This document shows, one piece after another, positions 11,680 to 23,500 of a stretch of 64,000 nt of DNA. The stretch spans positions 86,056,001 through 86,120,000 of the forward strand of contig OZ024743.1 of the NCBI GenBank assembly GCA_964016885.1, in the 5' to 3' direction. The first letter of the stretch is position 1, and the number at the start of each line of letters is the position of its first letter. Origin of the DNA: Eledone cirrhosa. Its lineage: Eukaryota. A program made the position numbers and the translations under genes. The notes under the pieces were generated by a model. The model was not told the origin of the DNA. It saw only the letters and a list, made by a program, of their open reading frames with translations, and ran no database searches.

Positions 11680-14600
11680 TCTTATACACTTAAATATAAA
11701 TGCATGTATATATACAAATGTATAAATGCATAGCTATATACATACGTAAATGTATGTATGTATGTAAATTTATATATGTATGTATGTATGTAGATATATA
11801 TATATGTGTGTGTGTATGTGTGTGTAGATTTATATATATATATATATGTATGTAGATATATATATATATATATATACATACATACATACATGCATACATA
11901 TATACATACATACATTTACGTACATAGCTATGCATTTATACATTTGTATATATACATGCATTTATATTTGTTTTGTCTTTTTTTGGTAAGGAGAAAATTC
12001 TGTCTTGAGATTTTATTACCTAGGGAGATTAAATACCACATCTCTGGCTGAAAGCTGACCAGGTTCTCAACCTCATCAAACACTAACGCAGGCCTGTGTG
12101 TGTATATATGTGTGTGTATGTATGTATGTATGTTCTTCTGGTTTTATAATTTCACAAATTTTTTCCCAATAGAGAGAGAGAGTCGGTTTCTAACATAGTT
12201 ACAAGACTCTCTCATTGGAATTTACACAACATCAACTAGGTAGATTATGTATACATGCATGCATGTGTAGATATGGATGTTATTGTATGTGTGGATGTGT
12301 ATGTTTTGAGTTGTATGTGTGCATGTGTATATGCTTTGTATCTGTACATGTGTATATGCAGTTATTAGATACAAAATGTTTGGAATATTTTACATATTTT
12401 TACTGTTCCATTAATGGATTGTACTTGTAATTTCCTAACTATGTATGTATGTATGTATGTATGTATGTATGTATGTATGTATGTATGTACGTATGCATGT
12501 GTGTGTATGTATATGTATACACCCACACCTTTCATCACCATTGCTTTTTGTTGTCATTTCTGTTGAAGTTCTTGTAACTGTTGTCAAAGTTGACATCCTT
12601 ATGTTTATTTTCTTTGATTTCTTTAATTTTTTTTTAATCTCCCTAGGGAATTCGTTGACAAGCTTCTTTTATTTATTTTCTTCGTTTTCTTCATTCAAAT
12701 GCATTCACACTGGCTGTCTAAGAGACGTACAAATATGACTTATAAAATTTACCAAACTAAAAAAGTAAAGGGGGTTCCCAGTGCTCCCCAAAGCTTCAAA
12801 CGCCCCACGGGGGAGCATATGCCCCCCATTGAGAACCTTTGCTTTACAGCATTCATCTCACCTCATTGCGATCTCTGAGTTCAAATCCTGCCGGGGTCAA
12901 CTTTGCCTTTCAGCTTTTCAAGGTCGATAAAAAAAGTACCAGTCCAGTACTGGGGTCGATTCTTCCTCTATAGAAAAAATCGGTTATGTTGAGACCTGGT
13001 GAGGGTTGGGCTCCGCCAGGTTTAAAAGTGCCCTAGACACACCATTTGACAGTGTCTCTACAACTCCACAAGGAGTTATGGGATAGAAGCTTGTTGGATT
13101 TGTTTTTTGGTTTCTACAGCTGGATGCCCTTCCTTAGAGAGAATATAAATTTCTATTAAAATATTGCTTACATGTGGCCCTATGATCTTTGCAATGTCTA
13201 ACTTACATGTTTATGTTCACTTTCAGGACTCTACCGCCTAAGTTACCATTTGGCCAGTATGAAAGTTTCTTCAGTCTGTTAAGAGATCTCATTTGTGAAT
13301 TTCCTGATGCTAAAGTTACAACAGCAAAGGTAAACATCTACCATTTTTTAATTCATTTGATACCAAACTGTCTTAGGTTCTATTGATTCAGAGCTGTTTT
13401 TTCTAAAGTGTTTATATTTATCTAAAAATCTTCCATCATAATTTCATATAATAACCTTTATGTTATGCTCAAAACACCAGCTTAATAATGAGAAAGTTAG
13501 TTATATTACTAACTTTTTCCAAACTTCATTATTTTCAAAATTATTTGAAAATCACAAGCAATGTCTTTCATTAAAAATATGGGATGGAAAGGGTTAAAAT
13601 GTGAAAGAAAAACAATATTCTTTTTTTATTTTGTAAGTTCACATATTAAATGTTTCACAAGGTTTATTCTGGTGTGGCCAAGTGGCTAGGGTGTTGTTCT
13701 CATAATCGCAAGGTTATATGTTAATTTTTGGACCAGGTGGCACATTGTGTTCTTGAGAAAGATACACCATTTCATATTGCTTTTCATGAGAGAACTCTTT
13801 CTCCTCCACCCATCACTATTAAAACAATATAAAAGATAAGAAAGTTAATTATTTTAATAAATCCTTCCAAATTATTGATCATTTTGAAATCATTGGCAGT
13901 ATATTTTATTAGAAATATGGTAATGAAAGAGTTTAAAAAATAATTTCTGTAGCTATCTAATTCATTTAAAAGCACAACATACGAGGGGGTGTTGAAAAGT
14001 TACTGGCTTTAAGAGTTTCACGAAAGAGTTGAGCTGTTACATTTACAGGGGAGGTAGGACTGTATGTGAATGTGAGAGGGGAATATGTTGAATAAAATCA
14101 TAATTTTGACAGATTTTATGGGCAAAACCAACTGACAGGAGACCCAAAGGCAGACCTCGAGCAAGATGGTTGGATAACATCCATGAGCTTGGCCGGTCAC
14201 ACTTGAAGATCCAGTCGGATCAGTTGGTGATGGTTGCTTCTGACAGGACCCACTGGAAGGGAGTGTTTCAGGACTTTGTCCCCATGACCCTCTCAGGAGC
14301 AAGTAGGCAAAGAAGAAAAGAAAACTGATCCTCCTGTATTTTCTTTTACCCAAAGCCAGGAACTTTTCAACATCCCCTCGTATATTTTTATATTTTTTCA
14401 GTTGGATGACAAAGTGAAAGAGTGGCAAGAATCACCCACAAGTTCTCTTAATCAGTGGATAAACCTACAAACTAACTGGGTTGAGAATGTTGTGTCTGCG
14501 CTAAAGTTTCTTTCAGGTGATGTTTATGGTAAGTGGCTGTTCCATTGTTAATTTCATCATCATCATATATCATCATTGTTTAACGTCCATTTTTCCATGC

Positions 14601-17600
14601 AAGCATGAGTTAGACGAATTGTCCCATTGTGAGACAAGTCAGATCAGGTGATCTCGTCTTGCTCATACAAAACTAGTTCTGGCTTGGTTTTTACGGCTGG
14701 AAACCCTTTCTAACACCAACCACATTTACAGTGTGTGCTGGGTGCTTTTTGTCGTGACACCTACATGACCACTTTACAATGTGTGCTGGATGCTTTTTGT
14801 CATGTCACCTACACACCACTTTACAGTGTGGGCTGGGTGCTTTTTGTTGTGACACCTACACAACTACTTTACAGCATGAGCTGGGTGCTTTTCAAAAATT
14901 CATTATCAGCTAATCACTTGCTGCTGCTATTGAGAAAGGGTTGTATACAACTGTTTATAAAAAGAGAAATAATATATATTGTGTATTCTCTGTATTTATT
15001 TCAGACTTCCAAATTGACAATTTTATTCCATTAATTGACTATAAAGAAAGAGCTCAGCAGTGGAGGTGGATTGGCAGTGGACGAGATGCTGATGATGAAC
15101 TTGGTCAGTTGTGTAAGTTTTGGTTACAGAAGAAAGATGGTAAATTAAATGAAAATACTGAAAATAATCAAGGAGCTACCCCCCCACCCAGAGTGTAAGT
15201 ATTGATGTTGTCTTTATCACAATTCAGTTCTGAAGTAGAATGATTCAGTTTCCTTTATTGGTGACTAATAACAACCATTGGTTTATTAAATCTTGAATCA
15301 TAGGGTTACAGTTTGTACTGTAGACCACCAAATTATGTGTCGGTCTCAAATAGAATCCAACATACTGCCATCTTCTGATCATTCTTTACACTAGTAGAAA
15401 AACCAACCTCCAGGTGGTTTTCTGCTAGCATGTGTAGTGTGCATATTGATATATGCAAATATATATGATACGTCAAATGAAAACTAAATTGACAATATGC
15501 ACAGAAATTGAAGAGAGACTGTGTTGCGCTCTCTTCTGTAATCAGTAAAGTAATCTGTGATAAATTTAGAAATGGGATGGAAATATAAACGTTATGATAT
15601 AACGATGAAAATATAGCATATGGCGAAGTCTTATGATATAACGGACGCTAATGGAAGTATTGACATTTGAAAATTTTAAAAGAAGTGAATCTTGAAATAA
15701 GCAATACATTATATATAAGCATATTTATGTTTAATCAAGAGCTAAGACATTTAGTAGATAAATTACATAATATTCATTCATGATTATTCAACTTATTTTA
15801 ATAACGTGTTCAGAAATAAAAAAAGTACACAGTCTCGCAGTTCTCCAATCATTATATTCTTTACATTGTTTTCTGCTGCATAGCTTGTTACTGTTGCACA
15901 GCTTCAGCTCAACTCTGTTAGAGTAATTCTATGGTGACACACCAATAATTGGCCAAGTTTGACTATGTTTGACTCGTATGTCTGTTGTCCCTGTTGAACT
16001 ATGCCCCTTTGTTTAGCTGAGAAACATTCTGCACACACCCTGGTATATAGAAATGTATTGTATGTGGTGTAGTATGACATTCTGTAGATACTGCACACTC
16101 CAACATTCAGTGCTATATTGTATATGGTACAGTGTGACTATCTGGACAGCTTACACTCACTCTACTGTCCTACAGATATTGGACACTCTGATATGTGGCA
16201 GTGTAGATACTGCACACTCCAACATTCAGTGCTATATTGTATATGGTACAGTGTGATTATCTGGACAGCTTACACTCACTCTACTGTCCTACAGATATTA
16301 GACACTCTGATATGTGGCAGTGTAGATACTGCACACTCCAACATTCAGTGCTATATTGTATATGGTACAGTGTGACTATTTGGACAGCTTACACTCACTC
16401 TACTGTCTTATAGATATTGGACACTCTGACATGTTGTGAGGAATTGCATGTAGTGTGACAGTTTGGACATGTTACACTTTCATTACTGTCCTACAAATAC
16501 TACACACTGATATATATGGTGGGGTAGTGTGATAGTGTAGACACATTACATTCTGTAGCTTCTGTACACTCCAACATGCAGTGATATATGTGGTAGAGTG
16601 TGACAATCTGGAGATGTTACACTTTCACTACAGTCAAGTCTCATCATAATTTCCATCATTTCATTTTACGTCCACTTTTCCCTGCTTGCAAGGGTGGGAC
16701 GGGAACTGATTCTGGCTTGATTTCTACAGCTGGATGCCCTTCCTAACACCAACCTCATTTACAGTGAGTGCTGGGTGCTTTTTTGCTGTGGCACCTCCAC
16801 GACCACTTTGCAGTGGAATGATAGGGACCCCAGTCCCTATCATCTCATTTCTACAGCTGAGTAAACTGGAGCAATGTGAAATAAAGTGTCTTGCTCAAGG
16901 AAACAACACATCACCCGTTGTGAAACACATCTATGTTGTGAAACCCACGACAGAAGAAGAACAAAGTTAATAGTTATATTATAATCATATTATTTTTCTT
17001 GATCATATATTTTATAATATTTCTTGTTTTGTTTTGTAGGAAAACCAATTATGTTGTGAAACCCACAACAGAAGAAGAAAAAAGTAGCTTTAAAGAACAG
17101 GTGTGTATTATTTGTATTTCATAATTCTGACTGTCAAGATGCATGACTTAGTGGGTAGGGTGTTGGACTTCACAGTGTCATGGGTTCAGTTCTTGGACCA
17201 GGTGGCATGTTGTGTCTTTAGCCATACTCTTCAGTCCACTCAGCTGAAAATAAGTAGCAGCAGTAGCTGGAGATTAACCATACAATGGACTGGCATCTTC
17301 TCCAGGGAAGTGGGGGAGGCGTCTTCTATTCTCAGCCACTTAACACTGATGCAACTGGCCTAATGAACCTCTGGGCTTGTGAAAAAAAAAAAGAAAAACA
17401 TTTTGAGTTGATTTTCAGGCGTTTTTTGTACTTGGATTATTTTTAATATTGTGAACTTTCCTGTTTTTTGCTTTCAGTTTCAGTTTTTGCCATTTCACTT
17501 CCCATACATTCTCTGTGACTATTTGTCTATCTCTACATCTGTTTCTTTTTGTGTGTATCTGTCTGTCTCTATCTATCTCTCTCTCGCTCTCTGTCTGTCT

Positions 17601-20494
17601 GTTTGTATCTCTATTTCTATCTGTCTCTTTATGTTGTTGACAGTTTACAGGTGGTTCAACAAGGAGTTGAACCTGCACCATAGACCTAGCTTGCTGGAGG
17701 TATACCACCACCACTACACACCACAGCCATCTCTGCCACTACTACCATCACCACAACACCACCACCCCACTACCCCCCCCCCCCCTCACTACCCCCCCCC
17801 CCCCCCCCCCACAACACCACTACCATCACCACAGCCCCCACTACACACCACCACCACCTCAACCACCACCACCACCTCAACCACCACCACCACCAAATTA
17901 TAGTATATAATCATCATAGTTAACGTTCTCCTTTTTATTTTTACTTTCAGGAAAGAAAAAGGTTTGAATATCCACACCTTGGCTTTACGTATCACATGCA
18001 TGGCTATGACTCTGTGGTTGGCCCGGTGAAAGGAGTCTACAGCAAGGATAACACAATGAATAAAGCAAGGGAGCATGCCCTGTTGGTGTCAGATCGACCA
18101 TCTTATGTAACTATTCTAACACTAGGTAAGCAGAGTTAGTTGGGAGGGTCTTTTCCTTTTTCTGTTAGCTGTGAATTAGTAGAGTTAGCAATAGAGTATT
18201 TGTTTTGGCTCCCTACATTCTCGAGTTCAAATTCCACTGGTGCCAACTTTGCCTTTCACCCTTTTGGGTCACTAAATAAAGTCCAGGAGCAGTGAATTAG
18301 TGGAATTGATAAAGAGTTGAACAAGATACTTAAAAGTATTTAAACCGGCTCTGTACATTCTGAGTTCAAATCCTACTGAAGTTAACTTTACCTTTCATCA
18401 TGAATTTTGATGGAGTTAGTAATACAATTAACTTTTGGAACATAACTTAACAAAGTTGCTAACATAAAATTATGATGGAAGGTTTTTAAATAAATATAAA
18501 TACTTTAATCAAGCAATTTTGTATCATAGAAGGCAGGACATTTTCAGGTAGTTTCTTATCAAAAGGTTTAAGGCACCAAAGAGCCAGGTGGTGGTGTTAA
18601 ACTGAACAATGAATCAAGTCTACCTCTGAAGTAGGCCAGAGCAGGTATTGAACTCAAAATTCAAAGAACTGGAACAAATACTACAAGACATATTGTCTGA
18701 TGTACTAACAATTATGCTAATCAACTGCTTTTGACCGGTACTTTATTTTATCAACCCCAAAAGTTAACCTCAGTGGAATTTGAACTCAAAGTGCAACATG
18801 CTGAAACAAATACTGCAAGGTATTTTGTCCTATGTTTTAAGAACTCAACCAATTAGTTGCTTCCAAAACTTAGATGTCTTGTCAAAAAGAAAATGAAAAT
18901 AATAAAAAATATGTTGTTTTTTAAAATCTCTTTGATAGTGCGTGATGCAGCTGCTCGTTTACCTAACGGTGAAGGAACTCGGGGGGACATTTGTGAATTG
19001 CTTAAGGATTCACAATTCCTGGCACCAGCCATTACAGATGCCCAGGTAAGCAAGTATATCATCATCACTATCATCATCATGTTCATTTTTCCATGCTAGC
19101 ATGGGTTAAACAAGATTTTTTTAAGGTATTTATTCTGATGTCCTTCCTAATGCCAATCCATACTGTATATATAACGATGGTATATCATCTTCATGTTCAT
19201 TTTACCATGCTATTATGGATTAAACAAGGCATTTTGAGTTTTTTTTTTCCTATATCTCAATCTCCCTCCTGATGTCAACCCATACTGAGTTTATAAGTAT
19301 AAACTGAGTTTAGGTATATACCAATCATCTTTGTTGAGCTGCTAAACTGCAGGACATAAATAAATGTCACAGCTTGCTTTAAAGCATTGTTGATATGAAA
19401 AGCCACATGGTAAACTGGCACACACACACACACACACACACAGTCATCATCATCATCATCATCATAACATCCGCTTTCCCTGTGTCCATAAATATACACA
19501 CTGACATTGTTATATTGATATATTGGTATAAAATTTATGGAATTGTTTCTTTTAGTATGGAAGTTAAAATATTCAGTTTTGTTTCCAGATCAATACCGTT
19601 GTTAGTGGTGCTTTAGATCGATTACATTACGAGAAAGATCCTTGTGTAAAGTATGATGTCAACAGAAAATTATGGATTTATTTACATCGAAGTCGAACTG
19701 AACAAGAATTTGGTAACTTTTTTTTAATGGTTTCTGTATGTTTTTTTGTTATGTGTTTGTTTTAAATTATAATAATAATAATAATAATAATAATGAAATT
19801 ATTGTGTAAAGTGCTCATCCTGTGAGGATTGAACTCAAACACCTAGTTTACAAGACTATTGTTCTGATCACTGAGCTATGAAAGCGAATTAGAAGAGTTG
19901 TTAGAGCATCAGATTATATGCTATGGTATTTTTTCTGACTGTAAGTTCATATCTCGTCGCAGTCAACTTTCGGGGGTCAATAAAATAAAGTACCAGCCAA
20001 GGAGTGATGGATTGATGTAATTGTTAAAGAGTTGGACAGGAATGTTCTGTGGTATCTCTTCTGGCTGTGTACATTCTGAGTTCAAATCTTGCTTCTTCTC
20101 ATCAGAAAAGCAATAATACTCCTGCCAGGAGTTACACATAGTATCAGCAATAGAAAGACCAATGGAAACCACTAAACCACATACTTTCACACTTATACTG
20201 CAAACAACGTGATCAGGAGGTAGCCATAATAACTTTTGTCAGCTGTACAGAAGTGGATATTCAGAGTTACAAAGTTACAAAGCCTTGTCTCAGAACAGCA
20301 ATTAATAGAAAAGTTTTTTTTTTATTTTGTTTATTCAAAAAGAACCTTTAAGTTAAAAGAAGGCAAAAAAAGAAGAAAAAAATCTTTTGATACCAGCCTG
20401 CTCAAAACTGGTTCTGGTTCTATAAAACAAAACCACCTATTTTAAAGGTTTCCTGTTGAAATTAAAATCTTCAACAAAATTGGATATAAGAACC

Positions 20495-20571
<77 letters not shown>

Positions 20572-23500
20572 TTTACGTCCGTTTTTCCCTGCTTGCAAGG
20601 GTGGGACGGGAACTGATTCTGGCTTGATTTCTACAGCTGGATGCCCTTCCTAACACCAACCTCATTTACAGTGAGTGCTGGATGCTTTTTTGCTGTGGCG
20701 CCTACACGACCACTCTGCAGTGGAATGATAGAGACCCCAGTCCCTATCATCTCATTTCTACAGCTGAGTAAACTGGAGCAATGTGAAATAAAGTGTCTTG
20801 CTCAAGGAAACAACACATCACTCGGTCTGAGAATTGAACTCACAACCTTTCGATTGCAAGGCCAATGCTCTAACCACTAGGCCATGTGCCTCCATTTGTT
20901 GTGTTAAAGAGTGTTTGGAGTAACATGTTGTGTTAAAGAGTGTTTGGAGTAACATAACTTGATAGGGTCCATAGCTCAAAGATAAATGAGTCACTTCAGA
21001 TAGAGCATCTACTTTTCTAAGTTGCGAGATCACAGCTCCAGTATTACAGACGTGGTTAGAATGTCTAAAGATAGAATCACTGGACAGATTTTACGAGTAA
21101 AACTAGCCGACAGGAGACCCAGAGGTATATTACAAGCAAAATGGAGATGGTTGCTTCTAATAAAATCTTCTGGAAGGTGTATCTTTAGGCTCTGCTAGCT
21201 TAACCCTCTTAGTGGGGAAGAAGAAGAAGAAAAAAAACATTGTAAATTATTTTTATTCTTGTATATATTTCATGTCTTTTTATTTTATATAATAATTTCA
21301 GAAAAGATTCACCAGGCTCAAGGAGCAGCAGTAAAAGCTAAGAAATCTCTACAAAAGCCAAAATCTAGCAAATCTGTAAGTATTTTACCTTGTTTTAACT
21401 AAATATTTGAACTTGTTTTAACTGTAAGAAGTTAAATAAAATTGTTTTATTATTGTCCTGCACTGTCCTTAATGTCTACTTTATGTAAACCCTTGTGGTT
21501 AATAAAGAAATCATTATTAATTGAAAGAAATTCAATTATGTATGTTTTATTAAACAAAGAATTTCCTTTAATACACACACACACACACTCATATAAATAT
21601 ATGTATTGAAAATATTGTCGCCACAATGCAGTTGATAACTAAATAATAATTGATAACTAAATAATAATTTATAGTTATCTGCATTGAGGTGACTATAAGT
21701 TCAAATTTCCCAATGTTTTGTAAGTTAACCAAATATATATGATTTTTTTTTTCTTTCTAGAAATCTAAAGAAATGGTTCCTACAAGCACAGCAATAACAA
21801 CAGTGTCATCATCAACTCTACAGAATTCAAAGTCGTCACCTTCCATTACAGTATCTACCTCAGACAGTACAGCACACTCTGAGGAACCTGTTGTTCCTAC
21901 AACTATACCAAATCTTGTGGTTCCAAGACCCCCCAAACCCACACAGACTGCACGTGTAGCCACAAGCACGACACGGGCATTACAAGGAAGTCCAAAATCT
22001 AACCTCAGCGCAGCTAAACCTGCAACGATTAATCTTAGTCTTGCTCAAGCGCCAAGCATTGGCAGCAGCAACTCGGTGACCAGTATTGGTAATAGCGGTA
22101 CCCTGACCACTATACCAATTTCTGAAATAACGAAAGCACAAACACAAGCTTCCGGGACGCATGTGCAAGGAACTATATCAGCATCTGCCTCGACTTTGTC
22201 GAAACCATTGACTTTTGCCATTGTGCCTTCTCAAGCCACAGGAACTAGTGGCACACCAGCCATTGCTAGCCAGGTACGAACTTCGACCGCTACTGCCAAG
22301 CCGGTCTCTTTGAATCTTTTGCCTGGTCAGATAGTGACCAAATCTGGTGGCGCAGTATCTGCCTCTTCCCTGCACCAAGCTACAGTTGTGATAACATCCA
22401 AGCCTGAATTACTACCTTACCAACAGCACAACGTAACATCGGCTGTTTGTGTAAATAGTAGTAAGTCTTTAATGACTGGCCAAACAATTCTCAGTACTGC
22501 CAATCGAACATCAGTATCAACTGCAACTACTGCTACACCTATGGTTGCGAGACTTGTCTCCGGTCCACAAATGGTTTCTGTTGGCAACTTACTCACCGGA
22601 GCTACTCAGAAAAGTAATCCCGGATCAACAGGTCCAACAACCATAAAAATCCAAGGTAACTCCAATGTTAACATCTTTGTTCCTTTTTACTTTTACATAT
22701 CCACGTACAGATTGTTGTTGGTGGTGGTGGTGGTAATGGTGATGTTGATGGTGGTAGTGATGTTGTTGGTTGTGGTGTTTGGTGGTAGTGATGTTGTTGG
22801 TGGTGGTAATGTTTGTTGTTGGTCGGGGTAATGTTGGTGGTGGTGGTACTGTTGTTTGTAGTGGTAGTGTTGTTGGTGGTGGTGGTGGTAGTGGTGTTAG
22901 TATTGTTGGTGGTAGTGGTTTTGTTGATAGTGGTGGTAGTGTTGTTGGTGGTAGTAGTGGTGGTGGTGTTGCTTCTGTTGGTAGCATTAACGTTGTTGTT
23001 CTTGTTGACATTAGTGTTGATGGTGGTGGTAGCATTGTTAGTGATGATAGTGTTGGTAGTGGTGATAGTATGGTTGTTGTTTGTTGTTGTTGGTCAACCA
23101 TTTTTATTTTTCAGGGATAGTAAACTGCATACCATATTAACTGTTTTGTTGTTGTTTGAGGGAAACTTAGCTACTATTTCTAGCAGGTCAAAGGACTATG
23201 TAAAGACTCCTTTGTTATCCTGAGAAAAATATAGAGTTATTGTTATTGTTTAGCTCAGGTCAATCCTGATTGAGTAGAACTGTGACCGTCCCATTTTTTT
23301 CCAGTCATAGTCTGACATATCTGGCCTCAGTATGTGACATGTCTAACCCATGCCAGGCTAAACATGTCAGATGGCTGTGTCTTGTTCATACAGTGACGGC
23401 AAGGGTAAGGAGGAGGAGGTAGTGGAGGATCTTTTGTGTCAAATTATGAAATGTTAAACAAAAAAGATACTAAAAGTTAAGTTTGGTTTTATATTCTCTC

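Larger units (their letters stand above)
9146..12841. mobile_element. Non-autonomous hAT element (3.7 kb including nested insertions)
   Basis: 13-bp TIR CAAAGGTTCTCAA/TTGAGAACCTTTG and exact 8-bp TSD ctttacag (9138-9145, 12842-12849); removing it rejoins a SINE head. Confidence 0.88.

Noticed and set aside
9720-12720. Possible antisense mini-exons inside the hAT element (e.g. 12093-12020, PALVFDEVENLVSFQPEMWYLISL)
   Set aside because: Acceptor is preceded by (CA)n rather than pyrimidines, the peptide is unrecognised and the frame soon ends; not supportable without RNA data.
11682-12738. Tyr/Ile/His-rich ORFs (also 41506-42515, 61954-62377)
   Set aside because: Translations of (TA)n, (CA)n and (TATG)n microsatellites.
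19800-19885. Functional tRNA gene
   Set aside because: Acceptor and D stems are degenerate and it is fused to a LINE tail; the SINE heads elsewhere are likewise not tRNA genes.
22625-23223. Val-, Gly- and Thr-rich ORFs
   Set aside because: Trinucleotide low-complexity intron sequence.
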